Below, in pieces: positions 13,243-26,379 of a stretch of 64,000 nt of DNA. The position numbers and the translations under genes were made by a program. The notes under the pieces were generated by a model that was not told where the DNA came from, searched no databases, and saw only the letters and a program-made list of their open reading frames with translations. The stretch comes from Lama glama (lineage: Eukaryota), in assembly GCA_028534125.1 (NCBI GenBank), contig CM052839.1:33914001-33978000 (forward strand). Direction: 5' to 3'. Each line of letters starts with the position of its first letter. The stretch's first letter is position 1.

Positions 13243-14797
13243 GGTGGGGTTGGTGATGGTACTCCGTAGCAAAGGATAGCTTTATTATATCTGCCAAGCA
13301 ATTAGAAAATTCCTGTATTGAAATTAAAGACAGTTATATTGAAGGGAGCCAAGGTCCTCAAAATCAAGAATGTAAGAGCCCCCATTTGTGTCGGTAAATC
13401 CCAACTAATTCCAAGCAACTCCTCTCCCTTCTTTAATTCTTTGGACTCCCTAAAGGAGTCATGTTTTTGTCTTCTTAGCCCTTCATCATCTAGAATGTAT
13501 TTCGCTAATAATCTGTTAATAGTTAGAGCTAGAATCCATAGTTCATTTCTCTTCCTAAAAAGTCACCAGATGAAGGTTAAGTTAAAACTTTTTATAATTT
13601 GAGAACTGACTTACGGTCTATTCAAATTAAATTCTTTATATAAAGCTCATACTTTAGGGGGAAAATGCAGAGTTTCATTAATCATGCAAAAATTTGCATA
13701 TTTTCAAATGCAAAACAAAAACATGTGGAGTTTGGATTAGTCTTGACTCTTTCAAAGGCTAAAAGAGCCAATGTGATACAAAAGTCCACAGACATTTCCT
13801 CCTGTCCCTAGTTTCACCTTCTTTTCCTCCTCAGATACAATCTATTTCCTGCTTCAGGTATCCAGTGACTTCTTTCTGTCTGCCCTCTCCTTTCCTCTCT
13901 TCAGAACCTATAAGTTCCTACTAACTAGTAACTTTTACATGTTATTTGCAATTGATTTATACTAAAGTGTTCATTCAGCCTGGGGATTGTTTAATCTCTA
14001 ATTGTTCGGTACAGTTCGAGAATCAATAAGCATTTAATGAGAATGGAAACCTGAAATCTCACCAAACCTTCTTTTACAGCCTAGCCTTACAGATAAACTG
14101 ATTTTGTCAATTTAGGGTACCATAGCATCCAGGAGGGCACGGGAAACAAAAGTGGCAGATACTTACCTTTCCTGCATGACTCCTCCTTCCCTGGGAAGAC
14201 CACACAAGGATCTGGTCTCATTGAAGCTGCTAAATTAGGTATAGTCTAGGAAATTGCTCGCTCTGTAAGATCTGGGAATCCAGCCTGCCTAGTTTAGATC
14301 TGTCTGTTTGCTGGGATTCCTTTTCTCTGTTCCTCCATCCCTACCTTCCCACTACTTATTCACATATAGTCCTATATACTGCTGTGGACTTCAAATTAAA
14401 CCCTTTTTGGGGGGGATGGATTACCAAAGGAACATAAGATACTGTTCTCTTTAATGCTATCAGATAGAAGGAAAAAGTTCTTTCCAGCTTTTTCAAGGAT
14501 GAGAGAAAAATGGCTTTACATGTGTAAAGTCTCATAAATGCAATACTCAGGCTGTCTTCTCACTGATAACCTGGGGGAAATGATGATGAAGATACATATG
14601 CTTCATATACTATTTATGTGACAAAGGCTTTCCCACCTGATGAAAAACAGAATGAATTCAGAAAATGAATTATTCCATGTCTTTATAATAAATTATGAAC
14701 CCTGTGCATTTTAAACCACCAGAGACCTTTTGTAATTTTTTTTCCAAATAGATACGTGATCAAAGACCCAAAAAGAACTCACTTATCTGCTTGGTAA

Positions 14798-15046
<249 letters not shown>

Positions 15047-16439
15047 TAAACTGAAAAATTTCTAGGTCCTTATACCCTGAGTGATAAATCTCTGCCACGT
15101 CCTAGAGCACTAGCAGGAATAATTCCCGAACAGTCTGTTTTGAGAGTAAGAGAGAAAATCTAGAGAGAGCTTTTTCTATATATGACTCTCTTAGCTCAAG
15201 TTCCCATTCCCAGTGCTCTGGGTAAGTTTTGATAAAATGTCCCTAAAACATCAAAAGAAAGTCCATTGTTCTAGACTTTGTTCTGCGTTGGCAAAACAAA
15301 TAGAGCCTCTAACACTAATTTACTGTTTGACGTTTGTTTTATATTTTTAATCATTTAATGCCATGCAAAATCTAGTTCAATGTACAGTCTAGAGTCAGAA
15401 TTTCTAGTTCTTCCCTCTGTTTCTACTTGTACAACTTTTCTATAGCATGAAGATGGACTTTCTTCTGTATATGCCTTTCTCTAAGAAATGTTGGCAATAT
15501 TAAGGCTTTAGATTAAATTTACTACAATTGGGAGATAAGATTTTTAAAAAATTTCCTTCCCTGCTCACTCACTAATCACTCACTTCATGGCCTGGAAGAA
15601 TGACTAGGAATGTCAAAATGAGCCTAAAAGGCATACAGGCCTTCTCTACCATTCACATTAAAGCTAAGTTGGTATCTTCAATTTTTAACATATTCACACT
15701 TAGTTTGAAACGGGGCCTCTCAACTTTTTTTCCCCTAACCATAACATCTTTTGATGAACATTAAAATCTCATGTATTATACACTCATCCCACCATTTTGA
15801 TACAACCCCCTTGTAACAGTTGTTAATGTACAGAAGACAGTCTCAGCTCCCTCCTTTACCCCTCTCCAAGGCACTTAGCATTATTCCTGTAGATTGACCA
15901 TTTAGGTCAGTCTGCCTTCTTTGACCAGAAGCTATACTTCTAATCCTGACCACCAACTTGCAGATGTTTATTATTAAAAGTATCAAAGTAATTTGAATTA
16001 AAGAATGTGGATAAATCAACATAAATGCATCTTTACAACTAAAAATTATGTAATTTACCATTATTGGCCAATAGCTTGATTGTTAAAGAAGAATGAATAA
16101 AAGAAACTTCCAGGAACACAAGCTCTGACTAGTTATACTAAATATATACTTAGGAGATACTATCTTCGTTCATATTTTTACATGATGCCATGTGCAATCT
16201 CAGATGTTTTAAGTATGACTTGATAGACCAGATGATTTTAATTTTTCAACTATGCCGAAGAACAGGAAAAGTATTATACACACTAAGTCCAGATTTCAGT
16301 GTCTTCATAGATCAGGACCTGCAATAACTTCCAGGTACTTCACTCACTTAAACCAATAATTTTTTAAATTATTTTTATTTAGTTCTGATAATGAAATAAT
16401 TCATAGGTCTTTAAAAATGAGCCCTCATAATTGATCATT

Positions 16440-17760
16440 ATTTCCACAGACTTTTTTTTTAAGTACTTCCAGTATAAAAGGCTCTTTTCCAAGAGCTGAG
16501 GATATGATGATGAACACGGCAGACAATATCCGCACCCTCAAAAAGCTTACATTCTCATGAGGAACACACATAATAAATAAGTAGAAAATTAACATATGTT
16601 AGTATTTTAGGTAGTGTCAGTGCTAATGAAGACAAATATAACATGGTAAACAGATAAATGGGAATGGCAGTTATTTTAGATAGGGCGCAGATAGGAATGG
16701 CCTCTCCAAGGAGCCTTATAAAGTGATGAGATCTGATTTACCTTTTTAAAAGACTTCTTTAGCTGCTGGCTTATAAATAATAAAATGTAGGGGATGAAGA
16801 ATGTAAGAAGTACCGATGAAAGGTGATGGTGACTAGTCTTAGAGTGGTAACAGTGGAGACCTTGTGAAGTGGTCATATTTGAACTGTATTTTGAAGGATA
16901 ATCAAAAGGACTTGATGATGGGCTGGATGTGGGTGTGAGAAAGAGAGAAGACTCAAAAATTAATTGTGGGGTTTTGGTGAGCAACAGGTAAATGTTGACT
17001 TGAGGAAAAGAGAAAGATCATAGACAGTTCCTATGATTTGGTGGTAGAGTCAGCAGTAGTACTATTTATTGACAGGGTAAGGTTTTGTGGGGGGAAAATT
17101 TAGTAATTCTGATTTGGTCTCATTGTTTGTCTATGAAACACTCAAGTATAAATGTTGAGGAGACCAAGATATAAGGTGAGAGCTCAGGAGAAGTGGCTAA
17201 ACTGGAAACATAAAATTAGACACCATCTGCAAATAGATGATATTTAGAACCACGGGACCAGACTACTCTAGAGAGTGAGGGGGACCAGATAAGAGGAAAG
17301 AATGGGGACATGAGAGAGGAACCAGCAAAAAAGGCAGGACAGGGGTGGCCAATGTGCTAAGAGGAAAATGAGGGGAACATGCTGTGGAAGCCAGCTGCAG
17401 ACAGTGACTCAAGAAGAAAGATGTGATCACCTGTGTCAGACTGCTGAGAGGCTGAGGAGGATGAGAAGTGAAACTTGATTATGGCGTTTGGCAAAATGAA
17501 GATTTCTGATAATCTTGACAAGAACCATTTCAGTGAAGTGATGGGATTAAAGCCTGATCGCAACAAATGGAGGAGAGAATGGGAAGGGAGGAATTCAATA
17601 CAGTAAGCAGAGAAAACTTTTCCGTTAAGTTTTGCTAAAAATGGGAACTGAGATAGTAGTTGGAGGGAGGAGTATGGAGTCACATTTGTGTGATCCAGGA
17701 GAGAAGAAATTGATACAGGAGAGAGAATGGATAGTTAAGGAGCAAAGTGTGTAGCAGATA
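16440..17760 (-). mobile_element. L2 LINE remnant
   Basis: Purine-rich plus strand with gagcttacattct-like and ttgatgatgggctggatgtggg signatures; RT-like decayed minus-strand ORF 17357..17683. Confidence 0.75.
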
Positions 17761-18262
17761 AGAAAAGATGGGTCCCAGAGCACAAGAGTCACCACAAAGC
17801 CCTATCACATCCTTAAGATAACTTCCAAGCAGATCATCAAGTTACCCAGCTTCCCACTATAAGAAGTGTTCCTTTGGGCTAAGGCATCTCCAAAACACCT
17901 ACATTAAAATAAAGTCATTTTATTAAGAGGATTAGAAAGTGACATTTTTATATGACGTTCTTTGAGTCCTTATACATATCTCTTCATGAATTGTACTTTG
18001 ACATTATGCCATGGTTTACACTGAGAAAAATTATATGGCACTCTGTTTTCTAGTTTAGGAGTGTTATTTAGAATATTGCCCATTAAATCACTCCTGCAGT
18101 ATCCTTTATGAAGACCCATAAAAGTTATTTTAAGTCTCAATATTAGGAAAAGTTGTGTCCCTCCTGTGCAACTAATATGTTTTACTCTGTGGACGCTAAT
18201 ACTAGATCATATTTCCCTCTTTTCTTTGGCTACTTGGAAGTTCAGGATAAATTTGTGGACCT

Positions 18263-18557
18263 NNNNNNNNNNNNNNNNNNNNNNNNNNNNNNNNNNNNNN
18301 NNNNNNNNNNNNNNNNNNNNNNNNNNNNNNNNNNNNNNNNNNNNNNNNNNNNNNNNNNNNNNNNNNNNNNNNNNNNNNNNNNNNNNNNNNNNNNNNNNNN
18401 NNNNNNNNNNNNNNNNNNNNNNNNNNNNNNNNNNNNNNNNNNNNNNNNNNNNNNNNNNNNNNNNNNNNNNNNNNNNNNNNNNNNNNNNNNNNNNNNNNNN
18501 NNNNNNNNNNNNNNNNNNNNNNNNNNNNNNNNNNNNNNNNNNNNNNNNNNNNNNNNN
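18263..18557. other. N-gap (295 nt), probably hiding the acceptor and 5' part of the large TANC2 exon
   Basis: Coding frame emerges directly from the gap with no acceptor visible. Confidence 0.9.
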
Positions 18558-18777
<220 letters not shown>

Positions 18778-18949
18778 NNNNNNNNNNNNNNNNNNNNNNN
18801 NNNNNNNNNNNNNNNNNNNNNNNNNNNNNNNNNNNNNNNNNNNNNNNNNNNNNNNNNNNNNNNNNNNNNNNNNNNNNNNNNNNNNNNNNNNNNNNNNNNN
18901 NNNNNNNNNNNNNNNNNNNNNNNNNNNNNNNNNNNNNNNNNNNNNNNNN
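18778..18949. other. N-gap (172 nt), probably hiding the 3' part and donor of the large TANC2 exon
   Basis: Coding frame runs into the gap; sequence after it is intron-like. Confidence 0.9.
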
Positions 18950-20621
18950 CATAGATCTGTAATAAGCAATTCTGAGCCTATTTTGTATTTATTGCATGGA
19001 GCATGGGTATTGAAAGCCATGAGAAGTGTTCTTTATTGAACATTTCACATAAAGAAAACATCGTCTCTGTTTCTCCTTAAGACAAGGCTATACTGAAGTT
19101 AACTAATTATATTTTTTCACAATATTATTTCCTTAAGATTAAAAATCTGCATAGATGTTTAGAATGCTCCCTACATTCCTATATTTTTCTAAATAATTTT
19201 CTCTGATCCCAGTATGGGTCACAGGATATAATTAACCATTTAACGGACCTCTTCAGTGTTCTTCAGAAAGAATTGTTGTATTGTTCATCACTTTGTCGTA
19301 GAGCAGAATCGTTTTAAAATTGTGCTTGCCCTTTTAAAAGTTATAGTCACCAATGACTGACCCCATTAAAGCCCAGCTGGTGCTAAGATTTACACTGGAA
19401 AATGGAATCTTAAACCTAATAGCTGAAAAAAAACTTGAGGAGATCAGCTCATCTAGCCACTCTGCCTTTAGATAAATGAGGTGTCATTATCCCCATTTTA
19501 CTGTAAAGGCCTTAAGATGCTGAATCACTTGCCCAAAGTCATAAAGTTAATAGGTAGGGGAGAGGGGGAGGGGTTAGGCAAATATATGTACCACCGCACC
19601 CCTACCCTGCACCCATGGCAGGCATCTCTGATTGACCCCAGCACTCTTTCCTAATGAGCTTGACCCTGACTTAAGAATCCTTCTCAGCTCAACAAACCAG
19701 ACCAGATGTGAAACTGTTTGCCATTCTCTTGGATAGGACCTAGATCCTGGCTTTCTAGGGAGGTGTGCTTTCTTCTCCACACTGCCTTTTTAAAAGAGTT
19801 ACTCCTTTAATGAAGTTGGTGTTTTCAAAAGCAGGTATGTTCCTGATTTCCTGGAAACAAAGAAGACACCGACAACATAGCTGGCAAGCACAGAGCTTGT
19901 TCTGGCTCAAAAAGAGGACAGGGCAGATTTGACTGTGCCTTCTGCTGTGACTCCTCAGGGAGACAAGCCGTCTCTGCCCCTGTTAGGGCCTTATTCTCTG
20001 GGGGCACGTTCTTCCTCAGGTCTTATTAGAGGCAACTGTGCTTGTGGGCATGCTGTGCAGCCGACTTCATGCCGATTCATTAGAAAATTAGTTCCAGATT
20101 CTGATGAAGATAGAGTCAGGCGGGAGATTTTGTGCTATTTTCCCTGAGAGGGTAACTTTTTAAAGAAACATGCTGTCATGGAAAGAAACTGAACTTTTGA
20201 GTCAGATTACCTACATATAAATCCTACCTCTTTTAGGAACTGTGACCTTTGGAAAGTTATATAATGTTTCTGAGATAGTTTTCATATCTACATAAAAGGA
20301 ATAATAATTCCTAGAGTTGTTGAGAATTAAGTGAGGTAACATAGTGTAATGTCTAGACTAGCACAGAGGGTGAAGAAAGTGTTTGGGAAATATTCTTTGT
20401 CCTCTGCTCTTTGCAGTAATAGACCCTTTAGGTGGACCTTAACTAAGGCGTGTGGCTCATTGAATAGGCAGCAGTAATCCTCTGCTATTAGCATTTTGGG
20501 GCACAAGACTTTACCAACTGGGTCTGAGTCTCTTCTGTAAATTGTGTACCATTCCCAAGAGGATTTTTATTATAAATTTTCACTAGTACTGCTGCTGATG
20601 CATAATACAAAGTTGGCAACC

Positions 20622-20676
20622 ACATAGTTAAGAAACCAGTTAAGAACATAGTTTAGAAACATAGTTAAGAACCAGT
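20622..20676. repeat. Short degenerate minisatellite (about 12-bp unit acatagttaaga/accagttaaga)
   Basis: About 4.5 copies read directly. Confidence 0.8.
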
Positions 20677-22841
20677 CAGGTTCGCCTAATGAACACTTTG
20701 AAATCAGTTTCCAGAGAAACTTTCCTAGCTGATCTGCTCTCTCATCCTGGAACATCTCAGAGGACTGAAAACTGAGGTCCAAGGCAGCCTGACAAGCACT
20801 GAACTAACAGTGTCCTTACAACAGATAGAACTACGGGCTCCCAAAGGAGAAAATATGGTATTTATGCAGCCATACCATGGCTTTACCCTCTCAACATTGT
20901 TTATTAACTAGGATCGTTTTAGCAAGAGGCTGGTGCACTGGGACAAGAAGAGTAAACACTTGTAACTTCAGATGCTGTGTAGTCTGTTCCCTGGTGATTG
21001 AATAACACTCAGGGCTGCTGAGGGACCATCATATATCACTTAATGGCAGAGAATAAACAGGACCAGGAATTATCAAAAAAGCTTCCTCACTTTTTTCATC
21101 TCAGTTGGAATTCAGCCTTCTACCCATCACTGTCTGGCACCAGCTTCATTACTAAGGTATTGATCTCAGAGCTTAAGGCCCCCTGGGTCAATGAGATGGA
21201 AATTCACTAAGAATTTAATGTCATTGGCAAAGCCCAAGCTGGCCTTTCAAAGAAACTGGCTGTAATTGCTTTCCATTTTAGGCAAGTATGATTAGCAGGA
21301 CTGTCTCCAGGCAGAGTTTGCCTTTATGGCCTTCAGCCTCTACTTCCTGTACATTGTTTCCCAAGTACAAACTATTCTCCACTTTCTCTCCAGCTTCTCT
21401 CTAGAGCATCTAATGTATTTCAGTAGACAAAGGAAGACTAACTCAGTGCCTCTGAAATCACGTTAGGTAGGCCAGTACCTGACATGCATAAACTCCGTGT
21501 AGGGAGACGTTTCAGAAGCAGCAGAACATCTCTCCTAGTCCATTTTCCTGGGCTTTCAACCCTCACTTCTTCACCCTGAACTTACTGGCCTTATTAGGGA
21601 GTTAGACACAAATGAGAATATTCTACTGAAGCCAGAAAGTAGTTGACCTTTGTCAGAAATAAACCACCCAGGGAGGTACTTTTGCTAAACTGAAGAGAGT
21701 CAGTAATCTGAAGGTGGTGCTGGGAAGCAGAGCTAGAGGCCAGTGCTACAGCTGAGATCGTTTTCTGTATTTTAAATATCAGATGGCTGATTGTCCCAGA
21801 ATCAGGGCAGACAGTTGACATCCTAATAGGAGTGACCTAATGTTGCATATACCTCTGACTGTCACAGAAAGAAATGAGTTATTGATGTATTTTCTTGGCT
21901 TGGTAACAAAGTGTAGGATATTTGTACATATGTGCATGTTTGTGTTATAAGCAAAGTATCACTAAAAAATCCTTTATCACATCAAAACTAAGATTTTAGA
22001 TCTGCATTCTAGGTAAAAGTATGCCCCTTGAAGCACTCACAGCTTTAGACCTCACCGCCTTATTCTGCTTTCTGTTTTCCACTATTCATTACTGTCCTAT
22101 TCTGTCATACTCTGAGATCAATCTGTCCTGTATTTTATTCCCTTGACCACTGAGATATCAGATTAACTCACTAATCTAATAAACTAATCTCTGCTGTTAT
22201 ACTAATAAGAGGGAAGTAGAAAACTCATTTGAAGCAACTTGTGCATTTTAAGACATCACCAGCCTTTTTTATCCAACCTATCAATGACTTTGATGGTTGA
22301 AATGTGAGGCTGATAGAATAGACAGTTGGGAGCCACCAGCCTTGTGGTGCTGTCCAGTTACTGCTTAATATTTCTGCATAGCTTTAGGCTAGCCCTGAGT
22401 GAATCCCCACTCTTTTTTTCTGTTTCCTTTCCTCGTTATCTCTTTTTCATGATATTAGCCTCCCTTTCCCCAGGAACAGCTTTAGATCAACAGTTTGATG
22501 TGTGTATATGTGTGTGTGTGTAAAATTAGAATGCTCAGCGGCCTTATTTTTAACCATTTGGATAAAATGCAAGAAGCTTGTTGTAGACTTTATGTAACAT
22601 GTTTTGAGCTGTGTGACCTAATGAGGTGGTGATTTGGAAGCCCAGTTTGAGTTGACATGATTTCCGCAAACTAAGAGTAGCAAATTTTTGGTGGTGGAAA
22701 AGGGAAAAGACTGCCCAAGTCCTACCTGTACCTGTGGGGGTAGTTGAGTACTTACCTGATTCTTTGTTACCAGAATTGACACAGAAATAAATATTCTGTT
22801 AAGATTTTCCTAATTGTTTTGGCCATGTTAATGAATTACGC

Positions 22842-22943
22842 ATTGGAAGTGGGTGCTCCAAAATCCACGTCACAAAGCAGAGTGTCAGAGAAGAAATAGT
22901 TTGTCTAAGGGGGGGAAAAAAGAGGGCATTCTCCCTATAAAGG
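22842..22943 (+). promoter_or_regulatory. Candidate internal TANC2 promoter (reverse CCAAT, CRE/ATF-like site, TATA-like box)
   Basis: ATTGG 22842-22846, CCACGTCA 22865-22872, TATAAAGG 22936-22943 in a repeat-free stretch, just upstream of an ATG and a phase-compatible donor. Confidence 0.45.
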
Positions 22944-23005
22944 AAAACTAACTTTGTGCCAGGGACTTGTGCAGCCTCTCTTCTTGTAAAATACGTAAAA
23001 CTGAA

Positions 23006-23019
23006 ATGACCACAAAATG
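23006..23019 (+). CDS. TANC2: Candidate coding part of an alternative first exon (M-T-T-K-W, with W completed by the exon at 33692)
   Basis: gaaATG ACC ACA AAA TG|gtgagt; phase 2 matches the 33692 exon. Confidence 0.45.
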
Positions 23020-24599
23020 GTGAGTTGCAGGGTTGTGGTGGTTTTATTTACTTGGTTTTTCCAAACATGAGCCTCCAGGCCAGATGACATTTAACCCTAC
23101 CCTCACTGAAGCACAAACTTGAGCTTACCACTTCTCAGAGCCATTGCAGGCTCCCACAGCAAACCCTTAACTTGGCAGATGGATTCTGATTTCTAAAAGC
23201 ACTAGGAAGGAATTCAGCAAAGTGATAGATCATAGGAAGAGAAAAAAAGGCTTCTGGAACTAAATCAGCCCTTAGGAAGTTTGGAAGAGTTAAAGCAGAG
23301 AGAAGAGAGGTGTAACACCTTTTTACTAGCCCTTGAGTACTAGTTGATGATTTTATCTGCCTAGAAATATTAGCTCTCTGATCTCTGTTTGGGTCTATAT
23401 CTGCTTCACTTCTAATTCTTTTTTACCACTAAGGAGAAGTCAGTCTTCTGATGTCATGATTTGGATATGCGATTTCTGGGGAGGGAGTTCATTGACTGTA
23501 ATATTATTGGGGATTTGTCTAATTTGCCAATAAATATCTTTTCCTTATTATCTAATCCAGTTTCTAACTCCCTGTTGGCATCAAGAATAAATTTGAGACT
23601 CAGGATAATAATGGAATAACTGTTATTCCAGTGACCCATGGTCATGGTTTTGGAATATAATGCAAGGGAGAAATTACATGCAATTTAATATATATCTTGG
23701 AATATGTCCTTAAACTTTAGAAATTTGTTTCTCTTAGCATAAATTATGGGACCCACCTCTGTTAGTCAAATAGGTAAATTGTTCCCATCATTAAAACTCG
23801 CATACCTTTGAAAAGGGCGGCAAAAAAAATTTTTTTTTTCCTTTCCTGAGTCCAAAATTAGGTTTGAAAAAGGCTGGTAATCAGAATTCTTCTCCATGCC
23901 TGTTTAAATCTAAGAACTACCTCTTTTTACTGTCATAAAAACTCATGTGAAGTTTGCTAAGTTAATAAATATACAGAGAAATCATTCTGCTTGTAAGATG
24001 GAGAGAGAGCATCACTTTATGACTTGGTAGGCATGCAGGATAGTCAGCTGATGAAAACGCAGAAGAGACTTGTGCTCTCCTATATGTCTGACTTTACCAC
24101 AAAAATAATATTGCTTTATACATTTAAATTTTTTATATATGTTGCTTTTCTAAGGTGGATATGCCCAGTACTGGTAAAAGCAACCTCACCTAAGAAGTAG
24201 AGCAGGAAAATTTTAAAGGAAATTTTTAATACTGAAAGTAGCATAGGAAATAGAAGCTAATTTGTCCTGTTAATGAGTCTCTGAAGGAACACTGGCTGAG
24301 TGAAAAGATGGAAATCCCACAGGCTTTCCTAGGTTGTCAAACCGAGATTAATGGCACAGCAATCAGAAGGAGTTATTGCCAGCTCAGTGGGATATGACAG
24401 CACATTTTCTTTTTTGTGAGTGGAGCCACTTAATCAGCTGTCTCTAGAGGTTTTCCAAAACAGATAGATCTTCACATTTGGTAAAATCAACACTAATAGC
24501 CTTCTATTCTCTAAACCATAAGAACCTACAGTTGTGAGACATGTATTCACTGTAGCCATCAGCATATCCAGTTGGTTCTACCACCCAAATTTTACTTGT

Positions 24600-25295
24600 A
24601 GATATCCTCTTGTTTCCATCACTACTGACCATATCCTAGGCTCTTACTTTAGTGTCCTAATTGGTCTCTCCTTCATTCCATTCTCCCCCTGACAGCCAAA
24701 GAGATTTTTAAAAAACACAAATCAGACCATGTGACCTCTTCCTGAAAATCCTTCAATGGCTTCTTCTTGTGATTAGAATAAAATCAAAGCCAGATTCGTC
24801 AAAGCTCTATATTACAAAGATAGCTTCTGCCTACCTCTGTAACTAAGTTCACTCATCCTCCCTCTTACTCACAGTTTCTCGTCATAATTGGTCATCTGCC
24901 AGTTCCTAGAAGTTGCTCAGCTCTTTCCCACCCCTGGCTCTTTGCACTTGACAGTTCCCGCCAGCTTCCCCTCTCTCCTCACATGGCAAGATCTTTCACT
25001 CCTCCTTCAGATCTCAGCCTCCTAAGAGACTTCCACTTGTCACCTTATCTAAGAAAGTCCTTCCTGGTTTTCTTTATCATAGCAACCTTCTTACTTTCTA
25101 ATGCTGATCACAGTCTTTTATTAATTTATTGCCTGTGAATACTTATTTATTGTCCACTTTCCTCTCTAGAATCTGAATGAACTCGGTGAGGACAAGAACC
25201 TTCTTGTCATGCCCATCTTGGTCTTTCTGAGCATTAATAGAGTGCTTGGTACATAGTAAATATTTTTTAAAATAATGAATTAATGAGTGAACAAA
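24600..25295 (+). mobile_element. L2 3' remnant
   Basis: aaaatccttcaatggcttc...agtgcttggtacatagtaa...aatgaattaatgagtgaa. Confidence 0.7.
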
Positions 25296-26379
25296 GAAAT
25301 GATAAGTAGTACTGATTTTAAGTTTGCATTGAGAAACTCTTCTCACAGTTAAACAGAAAGTATCTTTTGTTCATTCTATTACTGTGCAGCAGGAGTAAGT
25401 GAAGGCATGCATTTCAGCATGCATTCAGTGAGCATTTATTAAGTAATATATTCAAGGCTCTGTGTTAAGCACTGTGGGTGGGGATACAAAAATAAGTAAA
25501 GTTGATCTATCTACCAAGATTTACAGGTTAGTTTTAACAGGCAAATTTAGAACTAGCTATAATTTAAGGCAGAGTGTTGTGCTAGAGGTATAAACAAAGA
25601 GCAAGGAACATGGAGAAGGAAGACGTGATCAGTCTTCCTAAGCCTGTTGTTGGTGTTTCAAACTGTGACAGTCCAGTGGAGTCACAGCTCTTCTGCTTCG
25701 TGAAGCCCTGCCAACCGCCTAAAGACTTCACTGGCAGAGGAGAGGCAGAGAAGTGTCCATTCTCCTAGGGTCAGAGATTCATCAACAGAACAGAAGGGCA
25801 GTGGGAAACTATAAGGAAAAGTGGGAGAAAGCAGTAAATTTCCATCCAGGTTCTATGTTTGAAAAGAAATTATGCTGCTCCACCCATTTCTACAAAAGTT
25901 CATCTTGGGCATGCCTTACTTACAGTCTGCTACTTATCATCGGCTCTTTCATTTCCACTTTGAAAATGAAACAGCAAGACAAGCTAACTAGAAATGTATT
26001 TTGTATTCAGGTTCCATGAGAAAGCCACAAAAAGAACATGCCAAAGCAGTTACTGCCTGATAAGCTAAAGGTGGAGGGAAGAATTTTTGTAAAGATGTGG
26101 GTGTCATTTGCAACAAGCAGACTGTAAGGCAGCAACCACCAAAGTTTATCTGCAGGCAGAATTTTTAAGATGAGAGATGAAAAAGATCAAGATTGTCAAT
26201 CTATTCTCAGTAATTGAGTCACAGTCACCCTCATTTCACAGTTGATCAGTAGCAACAGAGATGCCTACAAATTTAAGGCTGAACTGGGTAGTGAATTAGA
26301 AAGTAGATCTGGAAGTCCTTGCGTTGCTCTTCCTCAAACCCAAAAGTTACTGAACTTTTATTCTACATCAAAGACTGGG

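Noticed and set aside
14159-14170. ATACTTACCT resembling the U1 snRNA 5' end (also at about 4492 and 22750)
   Set aside because: Similarity stops after about 10 nt; these are reverse-complement donor consensus matches.
22842-22869. ERSE/ERSE-II ER-stress element (ATTGG ... CCACG)
   Set aside because: Spacing is 18 nt rather than 1 (ERSE-II), and orientation and spacing do not fit ERSE (CCAAT-N9-CCACG).
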